Shown: positions 21,902-31,596 of the stretch, one piece after another
How the letters are laid out: every line of letters starts with the position of its first letter
How positions within the stretch are numbered: position 1 is the stretch's first letter
NCBI GenBank assembly: GCA_963675665.1
Contig: OY776510.1
Coordinates: 192,001-256,000 of the forward strand
DNA: 64,000 bases
Source of the DNA: Spirochaetia bacterium
GTDB lineage: Bacteria; Spirochaetota; Spirochaetia; UBA9216
Direction: 5' to 3'
The notes under the pieces: generated by a model
The model's database searches: none
Seen by the model: the letters and a program-made list of their open reading frames with translations, nothing else
What the model was told of the DNA's origin: nothing
Position numbers and translations under genes: made by a program

Positions 21902-22882
21902 CTACTTTCTGCGGTAATCAAGCCATATGGCGATTACTAATATTGCGCCTTTCGCAACACCCTGCATATTCACAGGAACACCCATCAGATTTAATGCATT
22001 GGCCATTATTGTAACAAGAAGAACACCAATTGTTGTTCGAATAACACTTCCAAGACCGCCTTTCAGTCTTGTTCCGCCTATTACAACAGATAAAATGGAA
22101 TTCATCTCGTATCCTTTCCCGACAACCGGAGCAGCAGTAGTTGTACGGGAAAAAGCAATAATCGAACCGATAGCTACAGTAAATCCGAGTATCATAAAAA
22201 CGAGAATAGTAACCTTACCGGAGGAAATTCCGCAAAGTCGTGCTGCATCCCTGTTACCTCCGACCAATCTGATTTCTCTGCCTGTTCTTGTTTTCATTAA
22301 TAGAATATGAGCCAAAAACATCACTATTAAAAAAATAAAGAACGACACCGGCAAAAAGAATATCTCACCTTTTCCTATAAATGAAATAATTGCTGAATGT
22401 TCAGGCAGACGAATCGTCGTACCCTTACTCCAGATTAAAGCCATGGCATAAAAAAAGGTACTCATGCCAAAAGTAACAAACACAGCATCGGCATCGCTTC
22501 TTGCCCCGATAAAGGTTAAAATTATCCCGTCAACCAATCCGCAAAGCATACCCATCCCAATACCAAGAATCAGTGCGGGCACCTCTCCAAAGACAGGAAT
22601 AAGGGAAATTGTGAACACGGACACAAACGAAAACATTCCGACAATAGACAAGTCGATCAATCCTGCGATTATAACAAATGTCATTCCAATCGCTGTAAGG
22701 CTCAATGCTCCAAATTGACGCATTATATTCTGCATATTTCTCCCGGTCAGAAATGCCGGTTCCATAATAGCAGCATATATTGCAAGAATAATCAGCATGA
22801 TGATAATCACATATGGATTCAACCTGGCCCAAATATCAGTCCAGTTAACTTTTCGATTTATAGTTGCTGTTTGTACATTCAT
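21902..22882 (-). CDS. CUT2 ABC transporter permease
   Basis: IDLSI, TRTGREIRLVGGNRDAARLCGI, VVIGGTRLKGG. Confidence 0.92.
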   Translation of the reverse strand: MNVQTATINRKVNWTDIWARLNPYVIIIMLIILAIYAAIMEPAFLTGRNMQNIMRQFGALSLTAIGMTFVIIAGLIDLSIVGMFSFVSVFTISLIPVFGEVPALILGIGMGMLCGLVDGIILTFIGARSDADAVFVTFGMSTFFYAMALIWSKGTTIRLPEHSAIISFIGKGEIFFLPVSFFIFLIVMFLAHILLMKTRTGREIRLVGGNRDAARLCGISSGKVTILVFMILGFTVAIGSIIAFSRTTTAAPVVGKGYEMNSILSVVIGGTRLKGGLGSVIRTTIGVLLVTIMANALNLMGVPVNMQGVAKGAILVIAIWLDYRRK

Positions 22883-22897
22883 TCTCTTCCGTTCCCC

Positions 22898-24385
22898 CTA
22901 ACCTATTGCCTTATCCATGATTTCATTAGCCTCGGCGGTTGTCGGATCAAACTCTCCGGTAATACGTCCCTCGCTAATTGTAATTACCCTGTTACTCATG
23001 TTCAGCACCTCGGGCAATTCGGAAGAAATGAAAATGATGGAACCGCCAGCTTCGGCCACCTGCTTCATAAGCAGATAAATTTCATATTTAGCTCCAACAT
23101 CAATTCCCCGGGTCGGTTCGTCCATCAGAAGTATCATTGAATTTTTTTCCAGCCAACGACCTACTATTACTTTCTGCTGGTTTCCTCCGGACAAATTAAC
23201 AACTTTGAACAGTCGGCTGGGTGTTTTTATCTTCAGATTTTCAATTTGTCTATCGGCCATATTTTGTTCTAGTTTTTTATTTAAAAACCCGTTCTTTTCT
23301 ATTTTCTCAAAACAACCCATGGAAATATTACTCTCTACCGAGAACTTGAGAACTAATCCCTCTTCCTTACGATCTTCGGATATAAAACCCATTCCGGCTT
23401 TAATCCCATCCTTCGGAGTTCGCAATTTTACGAAATTATTATTAACTTTTATTTCACTTCCGGCAACTTTGTCTGCCCCAAAAATAGCTCTGACAATTTC
23501 TGTTCGTCCTGAACCCACCAGACCAACAAGGCCTAGAATTTCACCTTTCCGTAACTCAAATGAGATATCTTTAAGCTTTGTCGTGCAAAGATTTGATACT
23601 GTCATAACCGTATCGCCGATATTACATGCTCTTTCCGGATATTCCTGATCAATGGAACGCCCAATCATTTTCGCAATCATCTCTTCACGCGTGATTTCCG
23701 AAACAGGCTTGGTGTCAATCAGCTTTCCGTCACGCATAACAGTAACCGTATTGCACAGTTCAAATATCTCATCAAGTTTGTGGCTGATATACAGCAACGT
23801 AATCCCTTTATCCCGCAGGTCGTGAATAATCTTTTTTAATCGCATCATTTCACCCACAGTAAGACTGCTGCTTGGTTCATCCATGATAATCAACTTTGAA
23901 TTAAACGAAAGGGCCTTTGCTATTTCGATCATCTGTTTTTCAGAGACACTTAAATCATTCACCATGGTATGTGTATCAATTGTACTTCCGATACTGTCAA
24001 GGAGTTTTCTGGCTTTATCATGAGTCCCTTTCATCCCGCCGACATCCTTGAACCGGCCGAGAAAAATATTCTCTCCCACAGTCATGGTCTTAACGAGATT
24101 AAATTCCTGATATATTATGCTTAATCCAAGATGCAACGATTGTATTGGGGTTATATGATTTATTATTTTCCCGTCAAATAAAAAGTCTCCAGAATCAGGC
24201 GCATAAACACCAGACAAAATTTTCATCAAAGTGGATTTTCCCGCTCCATTTTCTCCAACTATGCCGTGAACTTCTCCCTTTTTAACCTTAAGGGAAATTT
24301 CGTCGAGGGCTTTTACACCCGGGAAAGTTTTTGTTATACAATTTATAGATAAAATGGTTTCATCCCGTGTATCCATTTCAAACAC
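22898..24385 (-). CDS. CUT2 sugar ABC transporter ATP-binding protein (RbsA-like, two ATPase halves)
   Basis: GENGAGKSTL, IYQE, MDEPS, ISHKL, LSGGNQQK, DEPTRGIDVGAK. Confidence 0.95.
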   Translation of the reverse strand: MFEMDTRDETILSINCITKTFPGVKALDEISLKVKKGEVHGIVGENGAGKSTLMKILSGVYAPDSGDFLFDGKIINHITPIQSLHLGLSIIYQEFNLVKTMTVGENIFLGRFKDVGGMKGTHDKARKLLDSIGSTIDTHTMVNDLSVSEKQMIEIAKALSFNSKLIIMDEPSSSLTVGEMMRLKKIIHDLRDKGITLLYISHKLDEIFELCNTVTVMRDGKLIDTKPVSEITREEMIAKMIGRSIDQEYPERACNIGDTVMTVSNLCTTKLKDISFELRKGEILGLVGLVGSGRTEIVRAIFGADKVAGSEIKVNNNFVKLRTPKDGIKAGMGFISEDRKEEGLVLKFSVESNISMGCFEKIEKNGFLNKKLEQNMADRQIENLKIKTPSRLFKVVNLSGGNQQKVIVGRWLEKNSMILLMDEPTRGIDVGAKYEIYLLMKQVAEAGGSIIFISSELPEVLNMSNRVITISEGRITGEFDPTTAEANEIMDKAIG

Positions 24386-24413
24386 CCCAAATTCTTTTTA
24401 TAGTATTTCATTG

Positions 24414-24451
24414 ATAAGATCCCCGCTCTTTTTCAGCAGCGGGGATCTTAT
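24414..24451. terminator. Intergenic 14-bp hairpin after the binding-protein gene (terminator or mRNA stabiliser)
   Basis: ATAAGATCCCCGCT...AGCGGGGATCTTAT. Confidence 0.6.
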
Positions 24452-24473
24452 TTTTTATTATTTTTGTTCTAAT

Positions 24474-25442
24474 CTACCAGCCCGGATCGAAATCCGCATT
24501 CTCTTTTGTAATTGTTGTCCATGGAACAAAATTTATCGGCTCAACAGATTTACCTTCCAGAACGTCATACGCCCCCTGAACAGCTTTAAAAGACTGACCA
24601 GCCATATCCTGATAAATTGTACTGGCAATACGGCCTTCATTTACAAGCTTGAAACCTTCGCGGCAACCATCAACACTAACGATGAAAATACCATCCATGC
24701 CGGCAGCTTCAATGGCCTGAACAATTGCAGTAGAACCGTTATCCCAGTGAGAATATACATACTGGATTTCATCGCCGAATTTCGTAATAAAATCCTCCAT
24801 GTTAATTAATGCTTTAGCAGGATCCCAGCCTTCGCATGCCTGTTTTCCGAGCAATTCAATGTTCGTACCCTTAATAGTTTCTTCAAAACCGGTTTCACGT
24901 TTAACCATTGGATCTTCTCCGGGGCCGCCCATGATCATTACCCCTTTTGCACCATCAGGAAAGGCTTCCATAATTGCTTTCGCAGCACGTTCTCCTGCTT
25001 CAAGGTCATCCGGTCCGGCAAAAAGGTCACGATACTGCTGCCCCATTGGTGCTATATCTCCGCCGAACAAGGCAATAGCAACACCTGCATCATGCGCTTT
25101 CTTAAGCGCAGGAATCAAAGCTTCTCTATCCAGTGCCTGCATAATAATTGCATCACAACCGGAAGCTACTGCATCATTAACCATGTTTGCCTGACGCTGA
25201 ACATCTCCCGACGGATCAAAAACAACCATTTTTACGCCGAGTTCTTCTGCTTTGGTTTGAGCATTTTTCATAAACCACTGCATAGACTCATCAACATTTG
25301 ATGTTCCAATCCAGGCAAATTTGTAAGCCCCGGCTTCATCTGAAGCATCATTCTCCTGAGCACCGTTCGCACAAACTGTACCGGCAACGCCAACCAGCAG
25401 TACTAAAAGAACTACTGTCATCAATTGAATCTTCTTTTTCAT
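24474..25442 (-). CDS. Sugar ABC transporter substrate-binding protein (RbsB-like)
   Basis: SD GGAGG places the start at MKKKIQ (25442); signal peptide ending ANGAQE; periplasmic binding fold motifs (RETGF, GWD, WDNG, VSVDG, TIYQD). Confidence 0.9.
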   Translation of the reverse strand: MKKKIQLMTVVLLVLLVGVAGTVCANGAQENDASDEAGAYKFAWIGTSNVDESMQWFMKNAQTKAEELGVKMVVFDPSGDVQRQANMVNDAVASGCDAIIMQALDREALIPALKKAHDAGVAIALFGGDIAPMGQQYRDLFAGPDDLEAGERAAKAIMEAFPDGAKGVMIMGGPGEDPMVKRETGFEETIKGTNIELLGKQACEGWDPAKALINMEDFITKFGDEIQYVYSHWDNGSTAIVQAIEAAGMDGIFIVSVDGCREGFKLVNEGRIASTIYQDMAGQSFKAVQGAYDVLEGKSVEPINFVPWTTITKENADFDPGW

Positions 25443-25466
25443 TTTTTGAACCTCCATTTGTTCTTG

Positions 25467-25512
25467 ATATACTAATATATTTTCATACTAATATATTACA
25501 ACGATTTGTCAA
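25467..25512 (-). promoter_or_regulatory. Operator (two partial copies) and promoter of the ABC transporter
   Basis: ATATACTAATATATT (25467-25481) and ATACTAATATATTA (25485-25498); TTGACA(25507-25512)-16-TAGTAT. Confidence 0.75.
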
Positions 25513-25568
25513 GCTTTTTCTGCTTTTTTATTTGTGCTTAACCTATATAAAAAGAAACCACAAAAAAA

Positions 25569-26357
25569 TTAATTCATCTCCTGTCCACCGGAAACATTTA
25601 CGGCCTGGCCGGTCATATAATCAGCATATTCGGATGCCAGAACAACAAACACTGCTGCTATTTCCTGCGGTGTAGCCAATTTCTTCATGGGTACTGAGTC
25701 TGTCCATTCCTGCTTAATTACGGCAGCAGGACGTCCTGTTTTTTCCGAAACGATTTCAGCTTCCATATCCGTCATGTCAGTATCAACTGAACCCGGACAT
25801 ACAGCATTTACATGAATTCCGGTCTCTGCAAGCTCAAGCGCCATTGTTTTCGTAAGCATGATTACAGCAGCTTTTGTTGCACAGTAGTGACCCAACAGGG
25901 GGATTCCCTTCTTTCCTGCCTGAGATGCCGTGTTTATTATTCTTCCGTATCCCTGCTTTTTCATTTGTGGAACAACAGCTTTACAGCAGAGGAATACCCC
26001 TCGTGCATTAACAGCAAACATTTTTTCCCATTCGTCAAGAGTAATCTCATCGACTGTCTTCATTGAAGTTATTACTCCCGCGTTGTTACAGATTATATCG
26101 AGACGACCGAATTCTTTTACCACAGTATCAACCATTGCGTTAACCTGCGCTTCATTCGTAACGTCAACATTAACGGCTATACTGTTCAGTCCCATTGCCC
26201 GAATTTCAGAGGCCACCGATTCGGCTTTCGACATGTCCCCGATGTCGCATACGGCGACATTTGCGTTATGGGCTGCAAATTCCATGCATATCGCTTTTCC
26301 TATACCCCCGCTTCCGCCGGTTACTACCACTGTTTTTCCTGTAAAATCCATTTTCAT
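25569..26357 (-). CDS. SDR family NAD(P)-dependent oxidoreductase
   Basis: TGGSGGIG, NNAG, NTAS, YCATK, VNAVCPG; start at the internal ATG after GGGAG. Confidence 0.93.
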   Translation of the reverse strand: MKMDFTGKTVVVTGGSGGIGKAICMEFAAHNANVAVCDIGDMSKAESVASEIRAMGLNSIAVNVDVTNEAQVNAMVDTVVKEFGRLDIICNNAGVITSMKTVDEITLDEWEKMFAVNARGVFLCCKAVVPQMKKQGYGRIINTASQAGKKGIPLLGHYCATKAAVIMLTKTMALELAETGIHVNAVCPGSVDTDMTDMEAEIVSEKTGRPAAVIKQEWTDSVPMKKLATPQEIAAVFVVLASEYADYMTGQAVNVSGGQEMN

Positions 26358-26361
26358 CTGA

Positions 26362-27393
26362 TTATGCTCCCGTAACTTCAATAATAACTTTTATGCCTGC
26401 CCCTTTCATTGCGACATCGATCCCTTCCGCAGCCGATTCAAGGGGGAATACATGAGAAACCAGTTTTTCGATCGGGATCTTTTTATCCTCGATAAGTTTT
26501 ACTGCAAGCGGAAATGTTCCTTTTGCAATAAACTTGCCGTGAATATTGAACTCGCCGAAAACAACCGGCGCCTGGTTAAGTTTAACGTTTACTGCTTCGT
26601 TTATACCGAAAAGAACCACGTCGCCGCCTTTTTTTACTGTTTTTATTGCCTGATCAGAAAGAAATCCTACTGCATCGACTGCAATATCAGCTCCGATTCC
26701 GGTTTTTGCCTTTATTATCTTTCCAACATCTTCCGTCTCGGGATTCAGAACGAAATCCGCTCCCGCTTCAAGTGCAAACTGTCTTCTTTTTTCAGATATA
26801 TCTACAACAAAAACATCGGCACCGGAAGCCTTGTAGAGCATGGTAAATATCATCCCTATAGGACCTGCGCCGAAAACAACAACATTCTGTCCCGGATGCG
26901 CTTTTACCGAAGTAGTGGCGTTAAGCACGCATGCAAGAGGTTCGGCAAGGCAGGCGGTCTGCTCAGGAACATCAGCCTTAATCCGGTAAACAAGTTTTTC
27001 CGGAACATTCAGGTATTCCGCCATAGCACCGTCGCGACTGTCTCCTACATGCAGAAAGTTCTCACACAGATTAAGCCTACCCGTCCGGCAGTAGTAGCAC
27101 TTTCCGCACCACAGGTTCGGATGAACGACTACCTTGTCGCCTACGTTTACGTTTGTCACGTCACTTCCTGTTTCAACCACTATACCGCAGCATTCATGAC
27201 CTATAATTACCCCGGGTTTGAAATGAAACTTGGGCGGAACCGACAGCCCGCCGGTATCGGTCCCGCAAATACTCACAGTTTTTACCTGAATAAGAACTTC
27301 GTCGGAATTTTGAATTTCCGGAATATCTTTTTTTTCAACACTCAGAAGCCCTTCGCCTTTAAAAACTGCAGCCATCATCTGTCTTTTACTCAT
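26362..27393 (-). CDS. Zinc-dependent (sorbitol/threonine dehydrogenase-like) alcohol dehydrogenase
   Basis: ICGTD, GHE, structural Zn CGKCYYCRTGRLNLC, AEPLAC, GAGPIG, VVDIS (NAD-type). Confidence 0.92.
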   Translation of the reverse strand: MSKRQMMAAVFKGEGLLSVEKKDIPEIQNSDEVLIQVKTVSICGTDTGGLSVPPKFHFKPGVIIGHECCGIVVETGSDVTNVNVGDKVVVHPNLWCGKCYYCRTGRLNLCENFLHVGDSRDGAMAEYLNVPEKLVYRIKADVPEQTACLAEPLACVLNATTSVKAHPGQNVVVFGAGPIGMIFTMLYKASGADVFVVDISEKRRQFALEAGADFVLNPETEDVGKIIKAKTGIGADIAVDAVGFLSDQAIKTVKKGGDVVLFGINEAVNVKLNQAPVVFGEFNIHGKFIAKGTFPLAVKLIEDKKIPIEKLVSHVFPLESAAEGIDVAMKGAGIKVIIEVTGA

Positions 27394-27450
27394 AAAAATC
27401 CCTCTATTTTTCAAAACTATTAAGCTTAAACAAAACGTATGCCTAAATTT

Positions 27451-28857
27451 CTACAATCTACCCTCAATTTCCGTCAAAATCTCATCCATTACGCTGAAAA
27501 CCCTGTCGTAATCTTCTCTGGGGATATTGATCGGCGGCAGGAATGATATTCTGTTCATGTGGTACCCGTTCAGCTGAGCAAGAACACCCTTTTCCCTCAT
27601 TTTGTTTACGATTATCTTTGTTTCTTCGATAGCCGGTTCCCTGGTTTCTGCATCGCGCACAAATTCAATTCCGAGGAAGATTCCCCGGTTGGTATATGAG
27701 CCAACCAGCGGATGGTCCTTCATCAGTTTCTCAACCAGACCGGTGAGATAGACTCCCGTCTCTGCACAATTCTCAACAAGATTATCTTCCTCATAAATGT
27801 CCAGAACCTTATTCGCTACTGCGCAACCGAGGGCAGACCCTGCGTAAGTACTGACGATATAACCGGGGGCAAGACTGTCAAAAATCTCGGCTCTGGCTAC
27901 AACCGCGCTCATCGGAACTCCGGCCCCAAGGGCTTTGCCGACAAGGAGTATATCCGGAGCGATTCCGCTGTGCTCACAGGCAAACATCTTCCCGGTCCGG
28001 CCCATCCCGGTCTGGATTTCATCGGCAATGAGAAGAAATCCGTACTTGTCAGCCAGTTCGCGCAGTTTTTTAAGAAACCCGACCGGCGGGGTGATATACC
28101 CGGACGAAGACTGTGCAGGTTCAACAATCATGGCAGCTACATTATTGATTTTGGAATAAGGATTGCCCATGCTTGTCTGACCTGTAGACATCAGATTATC
28201 AATTGCCTTAACACAGTACATGTCGCATGAACATTCTTCCTTGTCATAAGGACACCTGTAGCAGTAAGCATATGGAAACCTTTCAATGCAATGGTCCGCC
28301 GGCGGCACGGGGTTATACATGCTATGCATGGCCCCGGAGCCTGTCAGGCCCATTGTTGCAACACTCTGCCCGTGATATGCGCCGTAAAATGAGATTATCT
28401 GCTGTTTGCCGGTATAGCTCCTTGCCGCCCTTATCGCATTTTCTACAGCATCGGACCCGCTCAAACCGAGCCGTACTCTTTTGGGGAAATCTCCCGGGGT
28501 AAGAGCTATCAGCCTCTCTATAAGCTTCTGGCGTTCGGGCGTCGGGAAATCAAACCAGTGCGCGAGTTTTTTGTACTGTTCAGAGAGAACTTCCGCCACC
28601 CTGTCGTCACCATGCCCGATGTTCATCGCGGACATGGCAGAGATGCAGTCAATATACTCGTTTCCGTCTACATCCCACACCCTGGAACCTTTCCCCCTCT
28701 CCATAACGGGAGGATCAGTCCATTTTGTAAAAAGTACGTCTCCCGGATGTTCTTCATCGAGAAATTTAATCAGGCCTTCCTTGTTGCCTTTGGTATTTTT
28801 TGTAGAAGCCAGAACTCCGTCTTTTAATGCTTCATATGGTTTCTTGTTCATTTCCAT
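27451..28857 (-). CDS. Class III PLP-dependent aminotransferase
   Basis: GSRVWDVDGNEYID, SGSDAVE, GAYHG, IVEP, DEIQTGMGRTG, GKALGAG, STYAG. Confidence 0.93.
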   Translation of the reverse strand: MEMNKKPYEALKDGVLASTKNTKGNKEGLIKFLDEEHPGDVLFTKWTDPPVMERGKGSRVWDVDGNEYIDCISAMSAMNIGHGDDRVAEVLSEQYKKLAHWFDFPTPERQKLIERLIALTPGDFPKRVRLGLSGSDAVENAIRAARSYTGKQQIISFYGAYHGQSVATMGLTGSGAMHSMYNPVPPADHCIERFPYAYCYRCPYDKEECSCDMYCVKAIDNLMSTGQTSMGNPYSKINNVAAMIVEPAQSSSGYITPPVGFLKKLRELADKYGFLLIADEIQTGMGRTGKMFACEHSGIAPDILLVGKALGAGVPMSAVVARAEIFDSLAPGYIVSTYAGSALGCAVANKVLDIYEEDNLVENCAETGVYLTGLVEKLMKDHPLVGSYTNRGIFLGIEFVRDAETREPAIEETKIIVNKMREKGVLAQLNGYHMNRISFLPPINIPREDYDRVFSVMDEILTEIEGRL

Positions 28858-28878
28858 TCCTCCGGTTGATATCGGTAA

Positions 28879-28913
28879 ATCTCTGATAATCCCGATTCAG
28901 GGTTATCAGAGAT
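28879..28913. terminator. Hairpin between ald and the aminotransferase gene
   Basis: ATCTCTGATAATCC...GGGTTATCAGAGAT inverted repeat. Confidence 0.5.
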
Positions 28914-28921
28914 GTCCATCA

Positions 28922-30058
28922 TTAAGCCGACCTTGAAAGATCTTGATCTATAAGACTGCAAATTTCATGATTTGCAAGTCCGAATGCTTTTGCGACACCT
29001 TCGCATGTACACATGCCGTTATAACAGTTTACACCTTCTGCCAATCCACTGTCAGATAAAACAGCATCCTCAAAACCCATTCCTGCCAGTTTCAGCCCGT
29101 ACCTGAGCGTAGTATTTGTCAATGCAATCGTTGAAGTCCTTGATACGGCACCCGGCATATTGGCGACGCAATAATGAACAACATCATCAACAATGAATAC
29201 AGGATCCTGATGAGTTGTCGCTTTGGTAGTTTCGATGCATCCGCCCTGATCAACTGCAACATCAACTATCACTGCGCCTTTTTTCATTCCGGAAAGCTGC
29301 TTTTTAAGGATCAGTTTCGGCGCCGCTTCCCCTTTCAATAGAACCGCGCCAATAACCAGATCTGCGTCCCGGATCGAGTCCTGAATATTTGCTTTCGTAC
29401 TGTATAAAGTATTTACGCGTGAACTGAAAATGTCGTCTATATACGCCAGCCTTCTGGCGCTGAGATCAAGAACGGTTACGTTAGCGCCCAGACCGACTGC
29501 CATTTTGCAGGCGTTCATGCCTACGGCCCCCGCACCGATTATCACGACATTGGCTTTCTGTACTCCCGGAACACCGCCGAGAAGAACTCCCCTTCCTCCG
29601 AAAGGTCTTTCAAGGTATTTTGCGCCTTCCTGTATTGACAGTCTGCCCGCAATCTCGCTCATGGGCTGAAGGCAGGGAAGGCCGCCTGCTGCATCTGTTA
29701 TCGTTTCATACGCAACCGCTTTCACCTTGTTGTTCAACAGTACATCAGTCAGGGGTTTATCCGCAGCAAGATGCAGATATGTATAAAGTACCAGATCTTC
29801 TCTCAGGTATTTATATTCAACTTCGATAGGTTCCTTGACTTTTACTATCATTTCCGCCGTGTTCCAGACTTTCTCTGCGCATTCAAAAATTTCAGCGCCG
29901 GCTTCGATATATTCCGAATCCTCAAACCCTGAACCTTCTCCGGCGCCTTTCTCTACCAGCACCTTGTGGCCATCATTTATATAAGCTTTTACACAACTCG
30001 GCGTTAAACCGACCCTGAATTCATTATTCTTAATTTCCTTTACCAATCCGACGACCAC
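28922..30058 (-). CDS. ald: Alanine dehydrogenase
   Basis: KEIKNNEFRVGLTP, KVKEP, YTYLHLAA, MSEIAGR, GVLLGGVPGV, DVAVDQGGC, YCVANMPGAV; GTG start after GGAGG. Confidence 0.96.
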   Translation of the reverse strand: MVVGLVKEIKNNEFRVGLTPSCVKAYINDGHKVLVEKGAGEGSGFEDSEYIEAGAEIFECAEKVWNTAEMIVKVKEPIEVEYKYLREDLVLYTYLHLAADKPLTDVLLNNKVKAVAYETITDAAGGLPCLQPMSEIAGRLSIQEGAKYLERPFGGRGVLLGGVPGVQKANVVIIGAGAVGMNACKMAVGLGANVTVLDLSARRLAYIDDIFSSRVNTLYSTKANIQDSIRDADLVIGAVLLKGEAAPKLILKKQLSGMKKGAVIVDVAVDQGGCIETTKATTHQDPVFIVDDVVHYCVANMPGAVSRTSTIALTNTTLRYGLKLAGMGFEDAVLSDSGLAEGVNCYNGMCTCEGVAKAFGLANHEICSLIDQDLSRSA

Positions 30059-30106
30059 CTGGCCCTCCTCCTGCATGACTCTATTCATGCTCATCCTGAT
30101 TTATTC

Positions 30107-30137
30107 ATATACTAATATATTAGTATATTTTTGTCAA
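30107..30137 (-). promoter_or_regulatory. Palindromic operator overlapping the ald promoter
   Basis: Perfect 22-bp palindrome ATATACTAATATATTAGTATAT (30107-30128); TTGACA(30132-30137)-17-TAGTAT. Confidence 0.85.
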
Positions 30138-30180
30138 ATTAATTCTGCCTTTTTCTTTATAAAATTACTTCTGTGTGATT

Positions 30181-30570
30181 TTAAACCGTTATTTCGATCC
30201 TGTTCTTTTCGGGATCAAAAATGCAACTTTCAAAATATCCGTCCCCGGTTTTGCGCGGCATGCTGACAACCTCATATCCGTCATTTTTCAGCCGCTCTGT
30301 CAAATCAAGTACGGCTTCCTCGCTTCCCGCAGAAAAGACAATGTGACTGAACCCGATATTCTGATATACGGGATCATTTTTATTCTCAGGTATATCAGGT
30401 CGCTGCATTATTTCCAGCTGGTTTTCATCGTCAAACGACAGAAAATAAGACTGAAAATTTTCCGTTGCGTTTACATATTTTTCATTAGCCCTGGCATTGA
30501 AATATTTTATGTAAAAATCCTTTACAGTTTCCAAATCTTTTACCCATAATGCCGAATGTTCAATTCTCAT
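30181..30570 (-). CDS. VOC/glyoxalase family protein
   Basis: IEHSALWVKDLE, LEIM, GFSHIVFS, PRKTGDGYFES..DPEKNRIE. Confidence 0.9.
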   Translation of the reverse strand: MRIEHSALWVKDLETVKDFYIKYFNARANEKYVNATENFQSYFLSFDDENQLEIMQRPDIPENKNDPVYQNIGFSHIVFSAGSEEAVLDLTERLKNDGYEVVSMPRKTGDGYFESCIFDPEKNRIEITV

Positions 30571-30575
30571 ATTTT

Positions 30576-31586
30576 TTATTCCGTTAATTGTTGCGCCAGC
30601 TGACGAACCTTTCCAGCGGCTTTTCTGAGCCTTTCTTCCGACAGCATACTGCTTTCCACGCTTTCGACAATAAAATCTGCAACCTCATGGAGATGAGCCC
30701 CTGCCGCAACAAGCAGCAAATCTGCACCTGCACTAAGCGAATCCACAGCCGTCTGCTCAAGACTGCGGCCCATCAGAATGCTTTTCGAATCGAGATCATC
30801 GCTGATTATCAGCCCTTCAAAACCAAGCCCGTGCGTGAGCAGATTGACTGTCTTAACGGATGTTGACGCGGGTTCTCCGTCATCGACAGCCTCAACTATT
30901 GCAGGGCCGAGCATTACCGTTTTTACCCCGGCCTTTATCCCGGCCCGCATTATGTTCATTATCGGTTCAAGTTCTTCAGGCGAAGCCTTGCATACGGCTT
31001 CTTCAATCGCAGGATCACCTGTAATGTTCGGATAACCCGGAAAATGCTTCAAACTTGCTGATACGCCGGCCGACTGAACGCCTTTAATGTAAGTACTGAT
31101 TATCCTGAGCGCTTGTGCAGCGTCATTTCCCGGAGTCCGTCCCTGAAGCCAGGGATTACTTCCTGTCAGAATATCCGCTATCGGGGCAAGAAACAGGTTA
31201 ATCCCCAGCTTATGCGCATCAGCAGCGGTTTCGGCGCATACGGCTGCAAGCTCCGAATCAGTCATCCGGGCAGCTCCATCTATGTCGGGCAGGGGACTTA
31301 CAAGTTTATGCAGCCTTTTTATTCCGCCTATTTCCTGGTCAACGGCGATTATTGCCGAACCGCAGATCGACTTTACTGCATCAATAATTTCCAGAAAATC
31401 TTCCGGTGCTTCGGTCCCTACCCTTGCATCGCTCATTCCGCGTCCGACATATTCTTCCCTCGATTCTCCGAGCAGTACAGACACACACCCCCTGTCGAGC
31501 ATTTCCTTAACAGGATCTGCAAGAGCAAGGCTGTCGAAAGCCGGAAACATAACTGCGTAGGCCTCTTCTTTTAATGTTCTTTTCAT
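30576..31586 (-). CDS. Single-domain glycoside hydrolase family 3 (NagZ-like) with non-canonical acid/base motif
   Basis: AVDQEIGGIKRL, LAPIAD, KHFPGYP...GDP, IISDDL, AGADLLL; start at MKRTLK (31586). Confidence 0.8.
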   Translation of the reverse strand: MKRTLKEEAYAVMFPAFDSLALADPVKEMLDRGCVSVLLGESREEYVGRGMSDARVGTEAPEDFLEIIDAVKSICGSAIIAVDQEIGGIKRLHKLVSPLPDIDGAARMTDSELAAVCAETAADAHKLGINLFLAPIADILTGSNPWLQGRTPGNDAAQALRIISTYIKGVQSAGVSASLKHFPGYPNITGDPAIEEAVCKASPEELEPIMNIMRAGIKAGVKTVMLGPAIVEAVDDGEPASTSVKTVNLLTHGLGFEGLIISDDLDSKSILMGRSLEQTAVDSLSAGADLLLVAAGAHLHEVADFIVESVESSMLSEERLRKAAGKVRQLAQQLTE

Positions 31587-31596
31587 AAATATACCC

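Noticed and set aside
26452-27423. 323-aa plus-strand ORF (and many similar antisense or overlapping ORFs in the track)
   Set aside because: Shadow of a well-supported gene on the opposite strand; no recognisable motifs
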